From the NCBI RefSeq assembly GCF_009914755.1, contig NC_060931.1: DNA of 64,000 nucleotides; one strand, 5' to 3'. This document shows, one piece after another, positions 54,810-64,000 of this stretch (position 1 is the first letter of the stretch; every line of letters starts with the position of its first letter). Both the position numbers and the translations under genes were made by a program. The DNA is from the human T2T-CHM13v2.0 reference genome, Homo sapiens. The notes beneath the pieces were generated by a model. That model had not been told where the DNA came from. It searched no databases and saw only the letters and a list, made by a program, of their open reading frames with translations.

Positions 54810-56039
54810 TCATTTATTCTTCAGCAAACACTGCTTGAATATATATGTGCAACCAGCGCTGTGGAACGTATTAGGGATTTAGATGGGAGTTTACTGAGGT
54901 CCGTCTAGTTAGCCTGGAAAAGAGAGGACTGAAGGGTGAAATTTAAGAATAATCGTGTAGAAGAAAAGTTCCAACGGGCAAAATAAGGGTTGAAAGGTGG
55001 AGATTAAAGGCAGGCAGAATTGGGACCCAAGTAAGGAAAATCCTTTATCACCATTAGACCAGGGTGAGCACTTTAGCTCTATCTGCAAAATAGCTTTGTG
55101 ATGAGAATCCACCAAAATTAATGTGAATAAAGCATGTGTGAACATTATGTAACCTCAAAATGTCTGATCAAGGTAAGATTCTGTTCAGAGTGAGGTCAAA
55201 CAGAGGTCATATGCTGACCGTCGATGGGTCCTTGTCTTGGATTAGTTGGGCCAGAGAACTTCCTAGGTGAGTAGCTCAGGAATGCTTTTCTGCAGTCTGG
55301 GGCTGGTCTATGAGGCCATTTTCTCTGGTCCAAAGCAAAATGAAAAAAAGTAGAAAGAGGAGACAGGAGACGGCAACATAGTAAACTTTTCATTTGTTTA
55401 TTCTGAGATTGTGTGTTTCAGGTGCTTTTCATTTTTCTTTGGTATAAGAATGTTCTTTATTTTATGATAGGATGGTGTTAAAGGGTTTTGTTTTTAAAAC
55501 AGTGTTACTTTTAGCAAAGTAATAAGCTGGCACTCCTTTTATGAGAGGATTTTATAGGCCTGTGAAATTTTAAATATTGGGAAACACTGTGTGATTTTCT
55601 TTCTGACTCGAAGGCTGTCACAGACTGTAAATAAGAAGAGGGATGGGGAGAGCAAATGCTGTGACAAGTTGTAGAAGGGAGAGCTGGCCACCTTTGTTCT
55701 AGGCAAAGTAACTGTTCCCTTAGCAAGGCAAAATCTAGCAAGCTGGACTCAGAGGCGTGCACTCCTGGCTGGGAAGGAGAGGCTGCCCTGGGCCTCAGGT
55801 GGGGTTCTGCTAGGGCAGCCCCAAGCTGGAACCCTGAGTCTGACCTCAGTTACCAAAATGACTGGAGTGTCTCTCGAGAAGCCAGCCGTGAGCAAATAGC
55901 ACTGGCTTCTCTTCCTAGATGGCCCTTTCTGTAGCCATCGGTGGATTCCCATTGCATACCTCCATGATTCCCAAGTTATTCACTTCTGGGATCCTAGAAG
56001 TCCAAACTCTCAAATAGACTCCATTTTCACTCGTTGACT

Positions 56040-56400
56040 TTGTGTAATACACAATACTCTTTCAGTTGCAAGTGACAGAAACCCAGCTTGGTGAATCCAG
56101 TTGCAAGCTCACTTCCCATGGCATGAGAGGGGCAAGGGTAGGGTAAGTGGGGCCCCCATGGGCCTTCCTGGGCTCATCCTCTAGAAAAAGGAAATAAAGA
56201 GAGGTGCCGTTCTGAACAAATAAGAAATGTCTAGTATTGCATGTTTGGGAAAGTTCCCTGTCTGGACTCCATTCATATGGTGGACTCCCTGCTGGCTTAG
56301 ACCAGTAATTAAAGCATGATTTTTTTTTTTCATTGAATGAGTTGAAAGAAACAACCCTGGCTCTTGACTACCCAAACAGGTCAGAAGCAGGCCTGTGTCT
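56040..56400 (-). mobile_element. Old MLT1 (J/K/L-like) LTR remnant
   Basis: actctttcagttgcaagtgacagaaaccc is the typical MLT1 reverse end. Confidence 0.5.
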
Positions 56401-56409
56401 CTGGGCACC

Positions 56410-56768
56410 TGATATAGTTTGGCTGTGTCCCCAGCCAAATCTCATCTTGAATTGTAGCTCCCATAATTCCTACGTGTTGTGGGATGGACCCGTGGGAGAT
56501 AACAGAATCATGGGGGTGGTTTCCCCCATACTGTTCTCGTGGTAGTGTATAAGTCTCATGAGATTTGATCATTCTATAAGGGGAAACCCCTTTCCCTTGG
56601 TTCTCATTCTATCTTGCCTGCTGCTGTGTGAGACGTGCCTTTCACCTTCCAGCATGATTGTGAGGCCTCCCCAGCCACGTGGAACTGTGAGTCTGTTAAA
56701 CCCATTTTTCTTTAAAAATTACCCAGTCTCAAGTGTGTCTTTATCAGCAGTGAAAACGGACTAATACA
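56410..56768 (+). mobile_element. THE1B solo LTR
   Basis: TGATATAGTTTGGCTGTGTCC..tataaggggaaacccc..gaaaacggactaatACA; perfect TSD GCACC at 56405-56409 and 56769-56773. Confidence 0.95.
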
Positions 56769-57549
56769 GCACCACTAACAAAACTCCATTTTCTGGGGCA
56801 GCTTTCTTTAGCATGGAGTTGCTTTCCAGAAAACATACATTTAAATGACACTTTTTTCCTCCTAGCAGAGGTTCTGATTCCACGGGTCTGGGGTGAGACC
56901 TGGAACTGGCATTTGTGCCCAGACCCTGGGTCTCGGGGGAATGACACAGGCGGCCTGCTGGCCACAGTTGGAGGCTGCTTCTCTTTCTTGTTTTTTCCTG
57001 TTTTCCTGCAAAGCATTCTGGTCTTTCCTTCAGGCAGTTAATATTTTGAAAACGAATGGTTTAATGTACAAAGTGAACTATTTCAGGGAATCTAGGGATG
57101 AATGCTTTTGCAAGGTGAAGCACAATCTTTTGATGACGGAGCCCCCTTGTTCTCTTTGCTCTGCACCCTCTCCTGGGAAGGGATATTGTGGTTTGTCAAA
57201 ATTCTGTGAAGGGCCTTTTTTTTTTGGATTCAAGGCACCCTGTTACCGGAGAGCCTGTGATAACTCCAGCTATTAGTATTAGTTTATTTTAAGTCTCAGT
57301 TTTAAAATAGCTGCAGGGCTGCACCTAGAATAAAAATGAATTAAAAAGAAAATCACGGAGTGGAATTTAAATAGTGCCTCAGGGATAGGCTTGCTCTTCT
57401 GGTGCCATCAGTGAGACCCACAAGATAGATTTTTTTTTTCCTCCTGAAAGCCTCACAGAACACCACTCACATGAGCAGACAGGGATTTTTGTCATCTTTT
57501 CTTTTCTGGGGTTTAAAAATATCCTTTTGAAGGAACACTTGTCTACCTT

Positions 57550-58530
57550 CCAGTCATTTATCTAGTCTCTAGTTGAGGACTGAGCAGCGAACGTGCGTCG
57601 TCTGTCTGGCAGGGACCAAGGACTGCAGGGCGTGATACTGGGAACATGAAGTCCATTAAGACACGGTCCCTGGAGCTTTCTGTCTAGTGTGAAGGTGGAG
57701 AAGCAAATGCACCCTGGTAATGGGAGGGTTCCTGTTTGTCCTGTGTGCTACCGGTGAGGAACACAGAGACCTCTTTCTGGGGAGTCAGCTATTTCGTAGA
57801 AGAGTCACCCTGGAGCCAAGTCTCCAACGATGGGTCAGAGTTTTCTAGTGGGGGGAGATACTTTCAGCAGAGGGAACAGCATGTGTGCAAAGGGAGGGAC
57901 ACGACATTGTGGAGGTGCAAGTGAATGAGAGGAGAGCACAGGAAAGCGGCAGGACAAGTGGCAGGCAGGCCTGGGGGCCCAGTCAAGAGTGGATTTGTGT
58001 ATACCTGGAACTGTCTGGATGTTATTCTGGAGGTGAAAAAAAAATTAGGTAAGAGAGTGATGTGATTGGATTTGCTTTTTGTTTTGAATGACCATTTTGC
58101 TGGTAGAGTAGGGATTGTATTGGTAGTTGTGTGAGATTGACAGGGAAACCTGTTTGACAGCTATGGCAGTGGTTTGGGTGAACAGTGCTACAGGTGTGAA
58201 CCAGGCCAGGGCACTGGGGATGAAAAACTGGTCGAAAGAAGAGGTGTTTAGAAGGTAGAGCAGAACAAGAGGCACTCTAGACCTAGATGGAGTGGCCAGG
58301 GAAATAGGAGGAAAATCCGTTGCCAACAGAGAAAATGCAAAGAAGGAAATATTCATAAGGCCTGAAAAATACCCCTGGGTTTGCAAGTTACGGGTTTGCC
58401 AATTGTGAGGCTTCTGTAACCCTGCCCTTGGGGAGAACAGTTTTGAAGCATCCACTGGTGGATTGGAGAAACAGACTGCAGTGGTTGGAGAGAGGATGGA
58501 AGAGAAGACGCTAAGATAGGGCTCAACTAT
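57550..58530 (-). mobile_element. Degraded L2 (b/c) fragments
   Basis: gtccctggagctttctgtctagt, cagcagagggaacagcatgtgtgcaaagg, gattggatttgcttttt, cagactgcagtggttgg. Confidence 0.6.
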
Positions 58531-59014
58531 AAGGAATGAATTGTAGAATTAAGCCACCTGCCTATAATCAGTAGGGCTTTCCTTTTTTATCTCTTTTGCT
58601 CATTATTATCACACCATATCCCTGAGGGTGAAGAACAACTTTGAAGAGGCAATGCCTGATAAATCTGGAATAGGGGAGAATAATTGGGAAATTCATTAAT
58701 GATCACTCCATTTGTAATTCTTTTACGGAGTCCAAATGGTAGTTTACAACACCAATTTAAGCCTTATCGCATGAGAGGTATTGACTTAGTATGAGTCCCT
58801 GGAGAGGAATGCTAGTGAAATTCAAACATACTTGTGAATGTAAATTCAAACCCACATAGGACTGTAATCAAGGCACAGCCTATTCAGCAAATGAACACTT
58901 GAAGATGCAGGAATGGCAGATAACAATCTCAAAATATTTTCATTTTTCATTCTTTCTCCCCAACTGCATTGGGATGAAAAAGAAGGACAGGAAATAATAA
59001 TGAAAAATTCTAGG

Positions 59015-59290
59015 TATAATGATAGATATAATTTATTGAATGCTTAGGTGGTGCCAGACACTGTGCTGAGTCTAGTTTGCAAACTATCTCATCTATTAGG
59101 TTGGTACAAAAGTAATTGTACCAACCTAATAATGCTTCCTCTAATCTATGAGGGAGGGACTATTACTATCCCCGTTTTGGCACTGAAGAACTTGAAGGCC
59201 AGTTGGTCACAAGTCTGGTTCCATGGATGTCACCATCCCAACTGGGCAGGCCTGGCTGTGTCCTAAGAGCATAGACTCAGCTCTTTCCCA
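59015..59290 (-). mobile_element. MIR hosting a MADE1 remnant
   Basis: atttattgaatgctt..gtgccagacactgtgct..ctattactatcccgtttt. Confidence 0.7.
59096..59129. mobile_element. Collapsed MADE1 (Hsmar1 MITE), 34 bp
   Basis: TA|TTAGGTTGGTACAAAAGTAATTGTACCAACCTAA|TA: Hsmar1 TIR ends with TA target duplication. Confidence 0.9.
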
Positions 59291-59689
59291 AATGCACTGG
59301 CTCTCAGCTTATTTGTCAGCAAAGGGAGGTTGGTTCAAAATGCCTCTAACGTGCTCTCTGGCTGTAACATTCAACCAACTTCTTCCTCCTGTGGTTGCCT
59401 TTGCCTCTGGCCCCAGGAATCCAGCAAATGTGCTTTAGCCCAAGCTGAGAGTGACCAGTGGGAATGAAGATATCAGTCTTCCAGACTGGGGAAGCAGACG
59501 GTGAATTTCAAGTGCACCAGAGGAATATGGGAGTCCCAGCAGTGGCTTCCTTCTTAAACATTTACCATCCTGTGTCCTGCAGCAAGGGGATGGCATTCCC
59601 CCTGGATGGACTCTGATTTGCTTTTAAGTGTGCATTTCTCTAGAAATCTTTTTTTCTTATTCTTCACCTTTTAATTTTGTATGTTTCAC

Positions 59690-59880
59690 TTTTCACGTGT
59701 CTTATTGCAAAGACAAATGTTTGAAGTGTTTGTTGAGATTTCCTGTTGTTCTTCCTGAGGCAGCCACAGCATAAGCTCTTTGACCCTCTACTTCTCAGCA
59801 CATAAGCTTTCTTACCATCTATCACTGGAGTCAGGGGTGAGGGGAGGACCGCATGACAGTTGGTTAATATACACTTATTT
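59690..59880. promoter_or_regulatory. Candidate endodermal/hepatic-type enhancer or promoter (motif cluster)
   Basis: E-box CACGTG 59694-59699; C/EBP TTATTGCAA 59702-59710; FOXA-like TGTTTGT 59727-59733; HNF4/DR1-like (rc GGGTCAAAGAGCT) 59774-59786; G-rich SP/KLF-like 59834-59847; HNF1 half-site GGTTAAT 59862-59868. Confidence 0.45.
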
Positions 59881-61189
59881 TTTGGCAAAAACGTTTTCTC
59901 TGGGACCAGAATGATCTTGATACTGAAAAAATTTCTAGTGCTAGATCCTCTTTCTAAGTGTGAAAGGACTTATCTGGAATGCTCCAGAATGATCCCAAGT
60001 GTTGAGCTGAGAGGGACCTGGCAGCAGAATCTGATTATTGAAAAGTGGCAATTGTTGATTTATTGAAGACAGAATAATAACTCAGCAGAACTGTTATGTT
60101 GAGCTGAACCCGACCTCCTTCAGCCGAATCATGCAAGAATGCCTGCTGCATGGCTGTTGCTGCTACTTATTAAGGCTTGGTGTTCTGGGCACAGTGCAAT
60201 GCATTTCTACATGGTTGATCCTCACAGCAAATGAACAACACAGGCTTAAGGAAACAAGCAACTCTCAAAGTCCTGCAGTGAGTAGAGCTTAGCTGTTGGT
60301 AGTCAACATGCCACGCGATTCGGGAGTTGAGCCTGTCTCCAGAGGTTAGAGATGTTCAGTTTCCTCTTAAGGTTCTTACGTAGATTTTTTTCATGACTTT
60401 ATCTACATCCTCCTTAAATTTACGTTTTTAGTCCTTACTGGCTCTTGATATCACCAGTTTTGTTGTTATTAGTAATTTCTAACTGCCCTAAATTTGTCTG
60501 TTTTAAGATTCAAGGGATGATACCTCAGTCTGTTATCTGGAATATGGTTTACAAATCCATTTTTTCTCTTCAAGGCTTTGAAAACATTGACATTGTCTCC
60601 TCCTAACATTTTTATTTGTCTTGCAGACTCCTAATTTATTTAATTTATCGTTAGGAAGACGACTTTTCTGTCTTTTGATGATTTTAGCTGCCCTTCTCTA
60701 GACCTTGCTGATTCCATTATCTTTACCAAGAATTGAAAGTGAAAGTGGCATTTGTCATAGAATGCCATGGTCTTATTCCAAAGTATCTTAGGATGGAACA
60801 ATACAAGGCATAATATGGGGTCAGTGAGGTTTGTTACACGAGTGAATGACCAACAACACTACTGTCTGTTCAAACCCAGTCTGAAGGGTGAATCAGACCG
60901 ACCATTGGCCGTGAGGGTCTGGACTGCTCAGTATTATCTCAAGGATATCAAGGGTTATTGGAAACTGTGTGATCAAAGGGGCTCCATGACTTTATGCAGG
61001 GATTCAGTAGGGAGCCAAGAAGGTTGAGAATAGTTCAGAGACCAGAGTCTAAGACCAATCAAGAAGAATGGATCAATTAGAGATATGAATTCTGGTGCTT
61101 ATATTTTTGTGGAGCTGGTTGTGAGATAAAAGGTCAAGCCTACCAGACTGAAAAGTGTATGTGAAAGCTCTTTAAAAAAAAAAAAAAAC

Positions 61190-61605
61190 TACATACGTTA
61201 TTTGGATATCACCAGTTTTTCCACTAATGTCCCTTTTTCTGCCCCAGGATCCAATTCAGGATTCTTGTTTCTTTTTTTTTTTTTTTTTTTTTTTTGAGAC
61301 GTAGTCTCGCTTTGTCGAGTGCAGTGGCATGATCTCGGCTCACTTCAAGCTCTGCCTCCCGGATTCACGCCATTCTCCTGCCTCAGCCTCCCGAGTAGCT
61401 GGGACTAGAGGTGCCCGCCACCACATCCTGCTAATTTTTTTGTATTTTTTTTTTTTAGTGGAGACAGGGTTTCACTGTGTTAGCCAAGATGGTCTCGATC
61501 TCCTGACCTCATGATCCACCTGCCTCGGCCTCCCAAAGTGCTGGGATTACAGGTGTGAGCCACTGCGCCTGGCCAATTCAGGGTTCCACAGTGCATTTAG
61601 AATTG
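61190..61605 (-). mobile_element. L1MC/MD 3' fragment split by an Alu
   Basis: caccagtttttccactaatgtccc..ccaggatccaattcagg|..ccacagtgcatttag. Confidence 0.65.
61265..61574 (-). mobile_element. AluY-like with about 10-bp deletion
   Basis: Y diagnostics caagctc..ttcacgccattctcc, gtgttagcc..atggtctcgatctcctgacctc; TSD aattcaggattc / aattcagggttc. Confidence 0.93.
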
Positions 61606-61680
61606 CCCCATCTTGATCATCATATAGTACATATTGTAATGCATATTTTCCTGAAAATTTATGTAGAAATTGGATTTCTG

Positions 61681-62245
61681 TACCATTTGACCCAGCAATC
61701 CTATTACTGGGTATATACCCAAAGGATTATAAATCATTCTACTGTAAAGACACATGCACACGTATGTTTATTGCAGCACTATTCACAATAGCAAAGAGTT
61801 GGAACAACCCAAAAGCCCATCAATGATAGATTGGATAAAGAAAATGTGGCACATATACACCATGGAATGCTATACAGCCATAAAAAGGATAAGTTCATGT
61901 CCTTTGCAGGGACATGGATGAAGTTGGAAACCATCATTCTCAGCAAACTAACACAGGAACAGAAAACCAAACACCGCATGTTCTCACTCATAAGTGGGAG
62001 TTGAACAATGAAAACACATGGACACAGGGAGGGGAACATCACACTCCAGGGCCTGTCAGAGGATGGGGAGCTAGGGGAGGGATAGCATTAGGAGAAATAC
62101 CTAATGTAGATGACGGGTTGATGGGTGCAGCAAACCACCATGGCATGGGTATACCTATGTAACAAACCTGCACGTTCTGCACATGTATCCCAGAACTTAA
62201 AAGTATAATAATAATAATAACAGCTGAAATTAAAAAGAAAAAAAA
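61681..62245 (+). mobile_element. L1PA (about PA7-8) 3' end, 5'-truncated
   Basis: taccatttgacccagcaatcc..gcacatgtatcccagaacttaaaagtataat; degenerate TSD agaaattggatttctg (61665-61680) / agaaatttggttcctg (62246-62261). Confidence 0.93.
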
Positions 62246-62364
62246 AGAAATTTGGTTCCTGTAAATCAAACGACTTACATCATAAATTATCAAGATAACT
62301 GATACTATCTATATTGTACAATGACAGAACATATGCATTTTTACTTTATACTCCTAAATTATTG

Positions 62365-62530
62365 AATATTAGCAAAGAAAGGAGGGTCAACAGTCATCTA
62401 AATATATAACTTTTTATTTTACAGAGAATTACCCAAATAGGTGAAATGGCTTAGATAAATTCACATTGTTTTAGGTATAGAGCCAGGACCTCAGTTTTCT
62501 TCCTAGTCTAGTGTTTTTCTAGTGTATATT
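62365..62530 (-). mobile_element. MIR fragment
   Basis: cagtcatctaa..ttattttacagag..aggtgaaatggctt..agagccagga. Confidence 0.45.
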
Positions 62531-64000
62531 TTGCCCTTATCCCAACCATTACAACCCATGTGAAACCTCTTTCTTTAGAGATGGTATGGTAACTTAAAGA
62601 GCCAGCTGAAGATAATCATTCACGTGGTAGACATGGCCTGGCTATCATATTGTTTGAAGACAGAGATGCTGGCTTCTCAAGACCCTTCCAAGCTTGGGTC
62701 ATTTGCTGTCCATGCGAGCCTGTCCAACCTCGGGGAGAATCACACTTACCACTGGTCTCCACAGACAAGAGGACCCTAAGTCTTCCCAAAGCAGTGCCCT
62801 GGACAGACTGCATAGAGGATGTGTGACCCTGAGCCAGCACTAGAAAGAAGAATGTGGAGAGTCCTCCAGAGTTTGTTGTGTTGGTATTTGGCTTGTCTAT
62901 AATTAATCTGTACAGAACATTGCTTAAAATAATCAGGCCAACGTTAGAGACTGAGGATACTTTTACAGTTCTGGGACTTTTAATGACATTTATTCAAATT
63001 TGAATTACAAATAATCTAGACTAGAAAGTTAGGGGAGTTCTTGGAGGTTATATATTAAATGTAACTGTAAGAAAGTCCTTGACTCGCTTGTTTACTACAA
63101 TTATATCCTTTCCTTTTTCTGAGGATCCTTGGGAGAAGTCTCTTTTGGGTCTAGTCTCAGTAATAATTGCACTTCTTTTCTTTATTCCTTTCTACCTTTC
63201 TGTTTTTTCGCCCTCCTTCCATCCACCTCCCCTTATATCCTGTTTTCTTCTTACCTGCTTTTATAAATTTCATAGATGGTGTGAAATGAATAATTGATCA
63301 CAATTCCCTTTTGTTGTTGCCTGATAATTTGGCTCTAAGAACATTTAGAGCCAAATTAGTGGTTCATCTTCAGCAAGTGAATAGAACTTATTTTAACAAG
63401 TGGATAGGACTCTATACTGCACATTTTATTATTGGTCTTATTTATGGCTCAATTTTTATGTCTCTCATATCCTTTGTTTTTCTTTCTCATATATTCATAA
63501 TTTGTAGTGACTTGGTGGATTTTTGGTGTCCCTTTAATCAACCCTCAACCCTTTTTGGAATGATATAGGTCATAAAAACTAGCAGCGTAGTTGTCCCTCT
63601 TAAAATATAGAAATGAGGTTATGTAGCACAATTTATGAACCCCAGTGGCTTTCAGTAATCAACATCTCTTCCATATACTCAGGAGCCACCAGTTTCATAA
63701 TTAATTCCATTGTGGGCTTTAGCTTGGGCTTTTGAGGATGTGCCTTCCCCCTCTCCTCCCACCAGATCTAGACAAAATCTGAGCCTTTTCAGGTCTCTGG
63801 CATCTCTTTGAAAATGTCCCCAGACATGGACCTGTGAGCCCCACCTTCAGTGCTGGGCAGTGCTTTATCGGGGCCTGAATAGTTGAACTCATTTAAAGAA
63901 GCCAACTGTTCTCCTATTATCCTTTCACTCTCTTGTGCTTCACTTATTTCTTTATGGTGTTTATTCTACCTTGCTTCCTCTCAAGATCATTTTCCTAAGG

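Noticed and set aside
60447-61219. 15-bp exact repeat gatatcaccagtttt near 60447 and 61205
   Set aside because: The second copy is inside an L1M fragment and no element is bounded by the pair; plausible by chance
59690-64000. Idea that the hepatic motif cluster is the MIR122 host-gene promoter
   Set aside because: No miR-122 hairpin in the window and no NEDD4L terminal exons upstream, which that placement would require

Overview
Repeat-rich primate genomic DNA (Alu, THE1, L1PA and Hsmar2 content; most likely human) that reads as intergenic or intronic. I recognise no protein-coding gene, RNA gene or CRISPR-type system, and I cannot name the locus. Nearly all ORFs in the supplied track are chance ORFs or are Alu/L1/LTR derived. 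Roughly half the window is transposon-derived: about 16 Alu/FLAM pieces, 4 THE1 LTRs, LTR16/LTR33/MER77/MLT1 LTRs, L1PA/PB/MA/ME fragments, many L2 and MIR relics, hAT MITEs (MER3, MER33, Charlie5-like, MER5, MER30, MER53), two Tigger3 copies, a near-full-length Hsmar2 mariner and a collapsed MADE1. Subfamily calls are from recalled consensus sequences and need RepeatMasker/Dfam confirmation. The most notable details are a 34-bp MADE1 remnant forming a perfect, compensatorily mutated hairpin; an L1PA with a tiny inverted RT-domain segment; a non-Alu filler insertion inside an AluJ; a frame-preserving degenerate minisatellite; an unexplained CpG-retaining exon-like ORF at 21.8-22.0 kb; and a compact C/EBP-FOXA-HNF4-HNF1-like motif cluster at about 59.7-59.9 kb. 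I did not find evidence for a new multi-gene biological system.
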